Positions 46,309 through 56,040 of a stretch of 64,000 bases of DNA are shown piece after piece (the first letter of the stretch is position 1; each line of letters starts with the position of its first letter). The notes under the pieces were generated by a model. That model was given only the letters and a program-made list of their open reading frames with translations. It had not been told where the DNA came from and did no database searches. This DNA is from Terriglobia bacterium. Its GTDB lineage: Bacteria > Acidobacteriota > Terriglobia > JAJPHL01 > JAPKYU01. Position numbers and translations under genes: made by a program. The stretch covers positions 256,001 through 320,000 of the forward strand of contig CBDBKE010000004.1 in assembly GCA_965206645.1 (NCBI GenBank). The letters run 5' to 3'.

Positions 46309-47864
46309 TTAAGAGAAGCGCGGGTCTTGCTTTTATCCTTTCGCTCCTCCTGCCCGGTCTTGGTCACTTCTATTGCCGCAAAGTTAGACGAGGGCTGTGG
46401 CTTCTGCTGCTGTGTGCCCTGCCGCTTTTATTTGTCCTCTTACTGCTGGCGTCGGGTGGTGGCTCGTTGCAAGTGACCACTAACTTCATATTCTTTCCGG
46501 CCTTGTACGTGTTCGCTTTCCTCGACGCTTATTTCACCGTGCGGGAGAACAACGCCGGATTCGACTGGCCTTCCTACGGCAACCCGCGCGTTGCTGCTGT
46601 ACTGAATCTAGTAACCCGAGGTTTCGGCTACTTCTACGTCGGGCAGACGAAAAAGGGGTTGATGATCTTCGTAGGCTTAGGGGCACTAAGCGCCTGGCTG
46701 CTGATCATGGGACCGAGCCAGTCGATTCATTTGTGGCTGGCAGTCGCAATCGAGGCCCTAGGTGCTGGAATGGCAGTTGATGCGTATCGGATCGCAAAGA
46801 GGGGGCTTCAGGAAGAGCCGTTTGAGCAACTTGGGCTGGCGAGCCGTCCGCCAATACGAGCGGCCGCTATCGCGCCCTCGCGTCTCACTGCGGCTATTCC
46901 GGTTGGCTTCGCTTGCCTGTTTGGGGCTGTGTACGTTGGCGTCGCAGCAGGGCTTCTAACGGTTGGCGAGCGAGGTTCCACGTCGTGGGAGAGGCTGAAC
47001 CAGTTATGTGAGAGTGAGCTTGAAGCAGGGCGGTACACCGAGGCTGAAAAGCACTGCTCCACCGCACTCACCGAAGCCGAAGATTTTGGCCCGGCTGACC
47101 CGCGCCTGGCCACGAGCCTCAACTACCTGGCGGAGCTATACCGCGCCCAGGGCAAGTATGCCGAGGCCGAGCCGCTCTACCAGCGGGCGCTGGCGATTTG
47201 GGAGAAGGCGCTGGGGCCGGAGCATCCGATCGTAGCAACGAGCCTCAACAACCTGGCGTTGCTGTACCGCGACCAGGGCAAGTATGCGGAGGCTGAACCG
47301 CTTTTGCAGCGGGCACTGGCGATTTACGAGGAGGTGTTGGGGCCTGAGCACCCCAACGTGGCCGCGGGCCTCAACAACCTGGCGCAGTTATACGACGCCC
47401 AGGGCAAGTACGCCGAGGCCGAGCCACGCTACAAACGGGCGCTGAAGATTGTGGGGAATGTCCTGGGTCCGGAGCACCCCAATGTGGCCGCCACCCTCGA
47501 CAACTTGGCGGAGCTATACCGTGCCCAGGGCAAGTATGCGGAGGCCGAGGCACTCTACCAGCGGGCGCTGGCAATCTTGGAGAAGTCCCTGGGGGCTGAA
47601 AATCCGCAGGTGGCTACCGGCCTGAACAACCTGGCCTTGCTCTATGACACCCAGGGGAAGTACGCGGAAGCCGAGGCGCTCCACCGGCGGGCGCGGGCGA
47701 TTGACGAAAAGGTGCTCGGGCCAGAGCACCCTGGCGTCGCCACGGACCTGGAGAATTATGCCGCGCTGCTACGGAAGACGAATCGGGATGCCGGGGCGGC
47801 AAAAATGGAAGCCCGCGCTCAGGCCATCCGCGCCCAGCACGCCCGTAAGAACCCCGCGAAGTGA
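46305..47864 (+). CDS. Membrane protein (duplicated LPGLGHFY-type TM module) fused to TPR repeats
   Basis: LSLLLPGLGHFY and NLVTRGFGYFY TM repeats, followed by 42-aa TPR units. Confidence 0.85.
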   Translation: MIKRSAGLAFILSLLLPGLGHFYCRKVRRGLWLLLLCALPLLFVLLLLASGGGSLQVTTNFIFFPALYVFAFLDAYFTVRENNAGFDWPSYGNPRVAAVLNLVTRGFGYFYVGQTKKGLMIFVGLGALSAWLLIMGPSQSIHLWLAVAIEALGAGMAVDAYRIAKRGLQEEPFEQLGLASRPPIRAAAIAPSRLTAAIPVGFACLFGAVYVGVAAGLLTVGERGSTSWERLNQLCESELEAGRYTEAEKHCSTALTEAEDFGPADPRLATSLNYLAELYRAQGKYAEAEPLYQRALAIWEKALGPEHPIVATSLNNLALLYRDQGKYAEAEPLLQRALAIYEEVLGPEHPNVAAGLNNLAQLYDAQGKYAEAEPRYKRALKIVGNVLGPEHPNVAATLDNLAELYRAQGKYAEAEALYQRALAILEKSLGAENPQVATGLNNLALLYDTQGKYAEAEALHRRARAIDEKVLGPEHPGVATDLENYAALLRKTNRDAGAAKMEARAQAIRAQHARKNPAK

Positions 47865-47922
47865 ACCCGAAATCCGCGCTCCGAAATTTCCCGCGGTGGC
47901 ATAGAATTGGCTTTCTGTTGCC

Positions 47923-48615
47923 ATGTCACACAGCGTTGCCATTTTGGGTGGAACCGGGGCAGAGGGGTTCGGTCTGGCCTTGCGTTGGGCGCAGGCCGGC
48001 GTGCCGGTGCGGATCGGCTCGCGAGATGCGGAGAAGGCGAATGCAGCTGCCGCCCGGGTGCGACAGGCAGTGCCGGAAGCGCAGGCGCAGGGTCAGGTAG
48101 AGGGCTTGCTGAACCCGGAGGCGGCCGCACAGGCCAATGTGGTGGTGCTGACGGTTCCCCTGGCAGCCCAAATTCCCATTGTGAAATCGGTCCGCGAGCA
48201 CCTGCGTCCCGGGACGATTTTCGTGGACGCCACGGTGCTGTCGGGCGCGGCCTTGGGCGACCGCATCGCGCACGTGGTCACACCGTGGGCCGGATCGGCC
48301 GCCCAGCAAGCAGCCGCCTATCTGCCCGCGCAGGTGCTCGTCGTCTCGGCGTTCCACTGCTTGAGCGCAGTGGCGCTGGCCGACCTTTCGCACCTGGTGG
48401 ATTCGGACGTGCTGGTCTGCGGCGACAGCGTGGAGGCGAAGGCGGTGGTAAAAGAGCTTGTGGAGAAAATCGCGGGAGCGCGTGCCATTGATGCCGGGCC
48501 CCTGGAAAACTCGCGCTTTGCCGAGAACGTGGCTGCGCTGCTGATCTCTCTGAACCTGCGCCATAAGGTGAAACATTCCGGGGTGCGCATCACTGGCATT
48601 CAGCCAGGGAAGTGA
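47923..48615 (+). CDS. npdG: F420-dependent NADP oxidoreductase
   Basis: ILGGTGAEGFGLALRWA, IGSR, SAFH, DVLVCGD and DAGPLENS motifs. Confidence 0.9.
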   Translation: MSHSVAILGGTGAEGFGLALRWAQAGVPVRIGSRDAEKANAAAARVRQAVPEAQAQGQVEGLLNPEAAAQANVVVLTVPLAAQIPIVKSVREHLRPGTIFVDATVLSGAALGDRIAHVVTPWAGSAAQQAAAYLPAQVLVVSAFHCLSAVALADLSHLVDSDVLVCGDSVEAKAVVKELVEKIAGARAIDAGPLENSRFAENVAALLISLNLRHKVKHSGVRITGIQPGK

Positions 48616-48622
48616 GGGCGAG

Positions 48623-49645
48623 ATGGCCGGTGAGATCGTAGCGCTGGCCGGGGGCGTGGGGGCTGCACGCTTCCTGCAAGGGCTGGCGGCTGTTGTACCA
48701 CCCGAGCGGTTGGTCATAATCGGGAACACGGGCGACGACCTGGAACTCCATGGGCTGCAGGTTTCGCCTGACCTCGATACGGTCGCCTACACGCTGGCCG
48801 GCATGGCCGACGAAACGCGCGGCTGGGGAGTAGCCGGCGACACCTTCGTCTGCCTCAACGCGCTGGAACGCTACACGCAGGATACCTGGTTCCACTTGGG
48901 TGACCGCGACCTGGCGACGCACCTGTTCCGCACCAGCCTGCTGCGTCGCGGCCTGCCGTTGTCGGAAGTGACGCACCAAATCTGCCGGGCGCTGGGCGTC
49001 AGCGCGCGTAGGCTGCTGCCGATGACCGACGACTGCCTGCGGACCCGGGTCCAGACCGACGCGGGTTTGCTCGATTTCCAGGTGTATTTTGTCGAGCGCC
49101 AGGCACGGGATAATGTGCACGGCATCGTGTTTGAGGGCGCCGAGCGTGCTCGGCCAGCGCCTGGCGTGCTCGAGTCCATCCGCGCCGCGGCGGCGGTGAT
49201 TGTGTGCCCCAGCAATCCGCTAATCAGCATTGGCCCCATCCTGGCCGTGCCGGGAATCCGTCAGGCGCTTCGCCAAACCAAAGCCTGCGTAGCAGCCATC
49301 TCGCCCATCGTGGGCGGTCGGGCCGTAAAGGGACCGGCCGCCCGCATGATGAGTGGCCTGGGCCTTACAGCCTCGGCTCGCCAGGTCGCCGAGCTTTACC
49401 GCGACTTTACGGGCGTGTTTATTCTGGACCGCGCTGACGAGGAGCAGTCGGCCGACATCGAAACGCTGGGAATGAAGGCTGTGGTGACCGACACCATCAT
49501 GAAAGGATTGCAGGAGCGGGTAGCGCTGGCGAAAGTGACGCTGGAGGCGCTGAGCCTTGCAGATTTCGGATTTGAGGTCTCGGAGGGACGCAAGGAAGTA
49601 GCCCCAGCCCTTCGAACCTTCGGCGCACCGGGAGAAAGGACATGA
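48623..49645 (+). CDS. cofD: 2-phospho-L-lactate transferase CofD/FbiA
   Basis: LAGGVGAARFL, NTGDD, PDLDTV, WFHLGDRD, LPMTDD, PSNPLISIGPI and KGPA motifs. Confidence 0.93.
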   Translation: MAGEIVALAGGVGAARFLQGLAAVVPPERLVIIGNTGDDLELHGLQVSPDLDTVAYTLAGMADETRGWGVAGDTFVCLNALERYTQDTWFHLGDRDLATHLFRTSLLRRGLPLSEVTHQICRALGVSARRLLPMTDDCLRTRVQTDAGLLDFQVYFVERQARDNVHGIVFEGAERARPAPGVLESIRAAAAVIVCPSNPLISIGPILAVPGIRQALRQTKACVAAISPIVGGRAVKGPAARMMSGLGLTASARQVAELYRDFTGVFILDRADEEQSADIETLGMKAVVTDTIMKGLQERVALAKVTLEALSLADFGFEVSEGRKEVAPALRTFGAPGERT

Positions 49646-50316
49646 CCTTTGCGCTGCTTCCGGTCAAGTCCCCAGCGCAGGCCAAGCAGCGCCTTGCCAC
49701 GGTTTTCTCCCCGGAGGAGCGCGAGCAACTGGCCCGCGTCATGTTCGACGAGGTGCTCCCGGTGCTGCTGGCTGCCCGTGGTCTGGACCGGATCGTTGTG
49801 GCGTCCAGTGACGCTGAAATCCTGCGACGCGCCGCTGCTGCCGGTGCCTCGACCCTGGCCGAGACGCGCCAAAACGGCCATAGCAGTTCAGCCGATTGGG
49901 CTGCGCGGAAGTGCATCGAGTGGGGCGCCACCACCCTGCTGCTGGTTCCTGCTGATGTGCCGCTGTTGAGGTCAGCAGAGATGGAATCGCTGCTAGAAGT
50001 AGCGCTGGCGATGCCCGTCCCGCGCGTGGTGATTGTTCCCTCAGCCGATGGCACGGGCACCAACGCCATGGTTCGCACGCCGCCGGACATCATTGAAAGC
50101 CGCTTCGGTCCCGACAGCTTTGACGCTCACATGGTACAGGCGCGCGCACGCCAGGCAGCGGTTGCTGTGGTGCGGCCCGAAGGCTTGGTCTTTGACCTGG
50201 ACACTCCGGAGGATGTGGCGCGCTTTCTGGGGCGCACACCTTCGGGCGCCACCGCGGAGCTGTTGCGGCGCATGAGTGTGCGGGACCGGCTCCGGGCAGT
50301 AGATAGCATGCGGTAA
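49642..50316 (+). CDS. cofC: 2-phospho-L-lactate/PEP guanylyltransferase CofC/FbiD
   Basis: LPVK...AKQRLA, PADVPL, DGTGTNA, FGPDSF..H and DLDTPED motifs. Confidence 0.92.
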   Translation: MTFALLPVKSPAQAKQRLATVFSPEEREQLARVMFDEVLPVLLAARGLDRIVVASSDAEILRRAAAAGASTLAETRQNGHSSSADWAARKCIEWGATTLLLVPADVPLLRSAEMESLLEVALAMPVPRVVIVPSADGTGTNAMVRTPPDIIESRFGPDSFDAHMVQARARQAAVAVVRPEGLVFDLDTPEDVARFLGRTPSGATAELLRRMSVRDRLRAVDSMR

Positions 50317-50352
50317 CCAGCAGGCAGCGCTACAAGCTACAGGCCACAAGCC

Positions 50353-51138
50353 GTGAAAGCCAATGAACAAATCCGCATCGTCGCGTTGGAGAGCCTGCCC
50401 GAGATCTCGCCAGGTGACGACCTGGCTCGCCTGATCGCCGAAGCCGTCGAGCGGGAAGGGCAGTCGCTGGCCGAGGGCTGCGCGGTGGTAGTAGCGCAAA
50501 AGGTCGTCTCCAAGGCCGAGGGCCGACTGGCGAACTTGCGGGGAATCCAGCCGTCACCGGTGGCCGAGGTCTACGCTCGAGAACATGGGCGAGAACATGA
50601 GAAGGATCCCCGCTTCATTGAAGTGATTCTTCAGCAGGCGCGGCGTGTGGTGAAGATGGACCGGGGCGTGTTGATAGTGGAAACGCACCAGGGGCTGGTC
50701 TGCGCCAACGGTGGCGTGGATGTATCGAATGTGGCGCCGGATTCGGGCGGTGGCGAATGGGTGACGTTGCTGCCCTGTGACCCGGATGCTTCAGCTGAGC
50801 GGCTCAGGCAACGGCTGCGGGAGCTGGCCGGGTACGATTGCGCTGTGGTGATCAGCGACACCTTTGGGCGCCCGTGGCGCGAGGGGTTGGTGAACGTGGC
50901 CATCGGCGCCGCCGGCTTCCGGCCGCTGGCCGATTGTCGCGGGCAACCCGACCGGCACGCGCGCGCTCTGCACAGTACCGTCGTTGCCGTAGCTGACGAG
51001 TTGGCCGCCGCCGCCGGGTTGGTAATGGGCAAAGCTGCTGGAACCCCAGTCGTGCTGGTCTATGGTGCGGCGCTGGAGCGCGGCCAGGGCTCGGCGCGCG
51101 AGCTCATTCGGCCGCCCGAGCGCGACCTGTTCCGCTAG
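50353..51138 (+). CDS. cofE: F420-0:gamma-glutamyl ligase CofE (short form, no nitroreductase domain)
   Basis: LPEISPGDDL, QKVVSKAEGR, CANGGVDVSN, DPDASA, SDTFGRPWREG, ADELA and DLFR motifs. Confidence 0.93.
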   Translation: MKANEQIRIVALESLPEISPGDDLARLIAEAVEREGQSLAEGCAVVVAQKVVSKAEGRLANLRGIQPSPVAEVYAREHGREHEKDPRFIEVILQQARRVVKMDRGVLIVETHQGLVCANGGVDVSNVAPDSGGGEWVTLLPCDPDASAERLRQRLRELAGYDCAVVISDTFGRPWREGLVNVAIGAAGFRPLADCRGQPDRHARALHSTVVAVADELAAAAGLVMGKAAGTPVVLVYGAALERGQGSARELIRPPERDLFR

Positions 51139-51430
51139 AAAGCCAAGCTCGCGCGAGAACTCGCTTCCATGGCACTTCGTCTGATTGAGGTCGTCCTTCC
51201 GAAAAGGCACGAACAGGGAAGTGCTCATCCGTTGGTCCCGATAAGATGGCGGGGTGAAGAGAGCTGCGGGTTGACTAACCTTCATTTAGACGTATTTAAA
51301 CGCTGATGTCGGCGAAGTGTTGACAGCCCCTTTTGACCCGTCCTGACCCCCAGTGGCGTATAGTGGAGGCCGCTGGGGGCGGACAGAGGGAAGCGACTTC
51401 TCCCACTGCCTCGGCGCGAGTGGCCAGCCA

Positions 51431-51742
51431 GTGACCTACCCCACGCAGAGAAGTGAGCCTCGCTTTGAGTTGGGAGCGCGCGTACTGATTGCTCTGAACC
51501 GGGGCGCAACTTGGCAGCAGCATCACGGCTTCACGGTCAACATCAGTGAGCACGGGCTGCTGGTGACCTTGGGCGAGGCGCCGCAGGTGAGCGAGCGGGT
51601 GAGGGTGAAATTGCCGGCCCCGAGCGACTCCTGGACCGAAGCGGTAGTGCGCCACGTGATCCACGGCCGCGCCAACTTCCTGGTGGGCATGCAGCTGGAT
51701 GAGAAACACGGCTCCTGGCCGCTGCCGAGGCCGGCTGACTAA
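51431..51742 (+). CDS. PilZ domain-containing protein
   Basis: QRSEPR (RxxxR) and NISEHG (D/NxSxxG) c-di-GMP-binding motifs. Confidence 0.75.
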   Translation: MTYPTQRSEPRFELGARVLIALNRGATWQQHHGFTVNISEHGLLVTLGEAPQVSERVRVKLPAPSDSWTEAVVRHVIHGRANFLVGMQLDEKHGSWPLPRPAD

Positions 51743-51912
51743 CTCGTCCTCGGTGGTGCTTCGCGGTCCCCACTGACCACGATCCCAACCTACACAATCC
51801 CAACCTATTGTAGCGCGAGGAGGTCAGGTGGTTGCAGGAGCGGCGCAGACGATGATAAACAGCTGTAGCCGAGCGCGGATGACTGATTGCTGAAAGCAAG
51901 GGAGGGTGGTTG

Positions 51913-52506
51913 ATGCCGGTTAAGTCCGACCGCTGGATTGACAAGATGTGCCGGGAGCACCGCATGATTGAGCCCTACCTTCCGGAACTGGTGCGGCAGG
52001 CAAACGGGCGTCGCACGATCAGCGCCGGAACCAGCAGCTACGGCTACGACATCCGCTTGTCGGCGGAACACGGCTTCAAGATTTTTTCGCCCATCCACGC
52101 GGGTATCGTCGACCCGAAGCGCTTCGACGACCGCACGCTGGTGGATGCCCCCCTGTACCGGGACGACGATGGCTCACAGTACTTCCTGATGCCGCCGCAC
52201 AGCTATGGCCTGGGGCTGACTCTGGAATACTTCCGCATCCCGCGCAACGTGCTGGGCCTGTGCCATGGTAAGAGCACCTATGCTCGCTGCGGCCTCATTG
52301 TAAACACCACGCCACTGGAGCCGGAGTGGACCGGCCATTTGGTGCTGGAGTTCTCCAACTCCAGTTCCACCTCGGTCCGTGTGTATGGCGAAGAGGGAAT
52401 CGCCCAGGTGATCTTCCTGGAAGCCGATGAGCTGTGTGGTACCAGCTACGCCGACCGGGCCGGTAAGTACCAGGATCAGCGCCGCATCACCTCTGCAAAG
52501 TTATAG
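51913..52506 (+). CDS. dcd: dCTP deaminase
   Basis: KSDRWI, ISAGTSSYGYDIR, GKSTYARCG, TPLEPEW.G, LEFSN and SYADRAGKYQ motifs. Confidence 0.95.
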   Translation: MPVKSDRWIDKMCREHRMIEPYLPELVRQANGRRTISAGTSSYGYDIRLSAEHGFKIFSPIHAGIVDPKRFDDRTLVDAPLYRDDDGSQYFLMPPHSYGLGLTLEYFRIPRNVLGLCHGKSTYARCGLIVNTTPLEPEWTGHLVLEFSNSSSTSVRVYGEEGIAQVIFLEADELCGTSYADRAGKYQDQRRITSAKL

Positions 52507-52900
52507 CCTGCGGAAGCATGAGATTGGCCGGAACCGTTAATCTGGGCTATCCGCGTTGAATGCAGCCTGGAGTAGGTTGTGCCAGAAAGCCTAGGTTGTG
52601 CCAAAAGCCGCTGATGCCTCCCTCCGGGGCTGAGGTGCTTAACAGCCATTAACTTATTGGTTTCACATCAGTTAGTTGCTTTCCCCAAATGAAGGCAAGG
52701 ATATCCTAAGTATCCCGGCTGGCGCGGTTTGAACCTAAGTGGTTACCCGGACAGGGGTGGACAATTGAAACCGCAGTGTGTAACCTGCCACAGCAGGTGA
52801 GCGTCTTAGCTGCCTAGTGATTCCACTAGAAAGGAATCGCTAGGCCGGACGCAGCGAATTAGTGCTTGCTGCACAATGGTTTACGAAGGGCTGAATCGGT

Positions 52901-52916
52901 TGGCATGCGGTTTGCA
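52901..52916 (+). promoter_or_regulatory. Sigma54 (-24/-12) promoter upstream of the dksA/traR gene
   Basis: TGGCATGCGGTTTGCA has GG-N10-GC spacing matching TGGCAC-N5-TTGCW. Confidence 0.7.
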
Positions 52917-52972
52917 TCTAAATTTGCGGTTGACAGGTAATGAGGTCAAGGGCTGAAGGAAGAAGATTTGCG

Positions 52973-53341
52973 ATGCCTAAGAATTTGGTGAAAACGAAAA
53001 GGTTAAGCCACTACCGTGAGTTGCTGAAGGAGAAGGCCCGCCAGGTGCGCCGGAGCATGAGTACGCCTGTGGCGGCCGAGTTTGTCACCCGACGCGAGGA
53101 ACCCAACGACACGGCCGACCTTGCCACGCAGAGCCACGACGAGTGGATCTTCCTGAATCAGAATGCCCGGTACGCCGACCTGATGCGCGAGGTGCAAGAG
53201 GCTCTGGAACGGATAGAGAAGGGCACCTACAAGCGGTGTGCTGCCTGTGGACAGCCCATCCCTCCCAAACGCCTCGAGGCGGTGCCGTGGGCCAAGTATT
53301 GTGTCCCCTGCCAGGAGAACCAGGGGGCCAGGAACAATTAG
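52973..53341 (+). CDS. TraR/DksA-family transcriptional regulator
   Basis: DTADLA coiled-coil tip, ALERIEKGTY, CAAC..IPPKRLEAVPWA..CVPC zinc finger. Confidence 0.92.
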   Translation: MPKNLVKTKRLSHYRELLKEKARQVRRSMSTPVAAEFVTRREEPNDTADLATQSHDEWIFLNQNARYADLMREVQEALERIEKGTYKRCAACGQPIPPKRLEAVPWAKYCVPCQENQGARNN

Positions 53342-53375
53342 CTCGTGAGACAGGCGTCCGCGCCTGTCCGGCTTC

Positions 53376-53411
53376 AGCGCGTAGCGCCCTTCGGGGCGTT
53401 TCGCGCTTTTT
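53376..53411 (+). terminator. Intrinsic terminator after the dksA/traR gene
   Basis: AGCGCG-TAGCGCCC-TTCG-GGGCGTTT-CGCGCT hairpin with a UUCG loop, followed by a T tract. Confidence 0.75.
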
Positions 53412-53501
53412 GGTTTCGGAGCCCATATCTAGACTCCCCGTCAGCACCAGTAAACGGCCCGCGACGGCGAGGCCAGCCCAGACCATGCTACCCTGTTGGG
53501 C

Positions 53502-53810
53502 ATGCCAGACGTAAAGTTGGACGTGAAGCTGAATGACCTGCGGCGCTATGTCATCCTGAATCGCACCCCCGTTACCTACCTGGACCAGAGCGGACGGAAA
53601 GCGCACGTGAACCGCAAGGGAATCGTCGAAATTCCCGGCATAGCCGGCGCTCCACCGTACAACGTTGAAGATGTACTGGCTGCTGCCCAGGAGTTCGTCC
53701 TGGAACCGGAGGCCCCCGACGCCCAGGTCCGGCGGCTCAACCGCCAGCAGATCCTCGAGTTACTGGCCAGCGCCGCTCCCGGTCCAGCTTCCAAAGACAA
53801 AGAAGAATGA
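53502..53810 (+). CDS. Hypothetical protein (~102 aa)
   Basis: Compact ORF with coding-like codon usage; no motif recognised. Confidence 0.6.
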   Translation: MPDVKLDVKLNDLRRYVILNRTPVTYLDQSGRKAHVNRKGIVEIPGIAGAPPYNVEDVLAAAQEFVLEPEAPDAQVRRLNRQQILELLASAAPGPASKDKEE

Positions 53811-53867
53811 GGTCGCGCCACACATAGCCGGCGAGTCGCGGAGAAACGTAGATTGCCCGGGAGCAGG

Positions 53868-55550
53868 CTAAGCGGGACCGTGATAGCGGATGATGAGCAG
53901 GGTGAGGTCGTCGGCCAAGTAGGTGCCCCGGGTGAACTCCTCGACGGCTCCCAGGATTGCGGCCTGCAAGTCTTCCACCGAGGCAGTGGCGTGGCGTGAC
54001 ACGACATCCTGGAGCCTTTCGAGATCGAACATTTCGTGCTGGAGGTTCATCGCTTCATTCACGCCGTCGGTGTACAGCACCAGGGTGTCGCCTGGGGCTA
54101 ACGCGCCGGAAGACGTACGAAATTCTGCCGTTGAGAACAACCCCACCGGGAGACATTCAGAGGGAAAGGCGAACTCCGCACAGCCGTCATGAATCCGCAG
54201 TGGCGGCAGATGGCCCGCGTTGATGTACTCGAGTTGCCCACTGCGATCCAAAATGCCAAAAAACAGCGTGGCGTAGCGCTCCACTTGGGAGTGGGCGCAG
54301 ATGAAGCGGTTAACGTGATTGAAGACGTTGTCCGGCTGCTGCCCCAGGGTCATGGCAGAGAGCGTGCCCTGCAGCATCGAGGTCACCAGGGCGGCTCCCA
54401 GGCCCTTGCCACTAACGTCCGCGATGACGAAGCCCGTGCGGTCCCGGCTCAGTTCCAGCAGGTCAAAGTAGTCGCCGCCGACCGCAAGGCAGGATTGGTT
54501 GATGCCGGTGGCCTCGAATTGGGGGAAGGTCTGGAAGTCTTTCGGGAGCAACGCCTGTTGGATCTCACGGGCGATGTCCAGTTCCTGTAACAGGCGTCGC
54601 TGCTCCTGCTCCTTCCGCAGCAACCGGGCGTTGTCGAGCACGCCGGCGACTTCCCGTGAGAGCGCTTCCAAAATCTGCCGGTCCAGGCGGGAGAAGGCGG
54701 CCGGAAGGCGACTGTCCAGGTAGAGCACGGCCAGCAGGTCGCCGGACCCACCCACGAAGGTGGCTTCCGTGGACCGCACGCGTGACAGCGAGGTCAGGGG
54801 GATGGCGATGACCGACTGCAGGTTTAGCCGCTCGACGCTGTGGGCCTCGCGTAGAGCGGCTTTCGCCTGCGACATGTCTTCCTCGATGACGCTGCGGTGC
54901 TGTTTGACCGCCTGTGCGATGGCCGTCTGGCTGGCGTCGAAACCTTTCGCCGGCAAGCTTCGCCGGCCGGCTTTCCGGGCCAACATCGGGTGCAGGCTGT
55001 CCTTTGCGCGAGCCTCCAGCAGCAAGCCGCGGTCGGCGTTGGTGATGGCGATGGCGCGGTCAATCATCGCACCCAGCACCTCTTCCAGGCTCAGCGGGGA
55101 TTGCAGCAGAGCCGTGGCTTCCAACAACAGGCTCAACTGGCGCAGGTCCCGCGCCCCGGGGTCCATGGTCGCGGCCCGCTCCAGCCGCGTCAGCAATTCC
55201 GGGACTGCTTCCTGGAACTGGCCAGCGCGGAAGATCAGTTTTGGGGAGTCGCCGCCGCCGCAGGTGATTTCGTCGCGGTCGCGCAGTTCCCGGACCTGGA
55301 TTTTCTCTCCGTTGACAAACAAGCCGTGGCGCTGCCCGCGGTCTTCCAGGCGAAATACGCCGTCGGCATAGACCAGCAGGGCGGAGTGGCGAGAAATGCG
55401 CTTGTCGACCAGCTGTAAGTCGTTGCCGGCCTCGGCTCCGCGCCCAATGGGAAACGGCGAGTGCGTCACGCGCACCAGGCGGGCCGGGCCGACAGCGTCG
55501 ACCACTTCCAGCATCACTTCTGGGATGGCAGGACGTTCGGGGGTCTGCAT
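53868..55550 (-). CDS. FHA-GAF-PP2C (SpoIIE/RsbU-type) phosphatase
   Basis: FHA IGRG..ISRHSA; GAF domain; AREIQQALLP, VGGDYFD, ADVSGKG, NAGH, YTDGVNE and DDLT motifs. Confidence 0.92.
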   Translation of the reverse strand: MQTPERPAIPEVMLEVVDAVGPARLVRVTHSPFPIGRGAEAGNDLQLVDKRISRHSALLVYADGVFRLEDRGQRHGLFVNGEKIQVRELRDRDEITCGGGDSPKLIFRAGQFQEAVPELLTRLERAATMDPGARDLRQLSLLLEATALLQSPLSLEEVLGAMIDRAIAITNADRGLLLEARAKDSLHPMLARKAGRRSLPAKGFDASQTAIAQAVKQHRSVIEEDMSQAKAALREAHSVERLNLQSVIAIPLTSLSRVRSTEATFVGGSGDLLAVLYLDSRLPAAFSRLDRQILEALSREVAGVLDNARLLRKEQEQRRLLQELDIAREIQQALLPKDFQTFPQFEATGINQSCLAVGGDYFDLLELSRDRTGFVIADVSGKGLGAALVTSMLQGTLSAMTLGQQPDNVFNHVNRFICAHSQVERYATLFFGILDRSGQLEYINAGHLPPLRIHDGCAEFAFPSECLPVGLFSTAEFRTSSGALAPGDTLVLYTDGVNEAMNLQHEMFDLERLQDVVSRHATASVEDLQAAILGAVEEFTRGTYLADDLTLLIIRYHGPA

Positions 55551-55683
55551 GGCCTTTCCTGAATCTTACCATGCCCGGGAGGGCCCGGCAGGGGACGCCT
55601 GTTCCGGTGAGCAAATCGGCTCTCAGGCCTGGGAACTGTGTCGGAGCGCAGCTTCCGTAAGCCTCTTCCACAGGAGACCGCGC

Positions 55684-56040
55684 CTAGCGGAAGCTTTCTA
55701 GGGCAGGACCTTCTTGTTCGAAAGCTTCTAGAAGTTTCGTCAGGTGGAGCTGTTCCAGCAAGCGGGCGATCAGTCGCGGAGCGCAGCACAGTTTCACTTG
55801 GGCATTGCGCCGGGCCGCTGACGTCTTGACCGCCACCAACATCCCGATGCCGGTGCTGTCTAGCTGGCGGACTTGGGCCAGATTCAGCAGAATCTTGCTG
55901 CTTCCTGCTTCCAGCAATCCCTCAACTTCCCTCCGGATGAGCTGGCTCTCAGGGCCCGCCACTAGGCTGCCTGCCAGTTCCAACACCAGCACCTCTTCCT
56001 TTTGCCGTCGATCAAAACTCAACCTACCCGTATCGCCCAT
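55684..56040 (-). CDS. STAS-domain anti-sigma factor antagonist
   Basis: LELAGSL and LLNLAQVRQLDSTGIGML (DSxG phospho-Ser motif). Confidence 0.88.
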   Translation of the reverse strand: MGDTGRLSFDRRQKEEVLVLELAGSLVAGPESQLIRREVEGLLEAGSSKILLNLAQVRQLDSTGIGMLVAVKTSAARRNAQVKLCCAPRLIARLLEQLHLTKLLEAFEQEGPALESFR

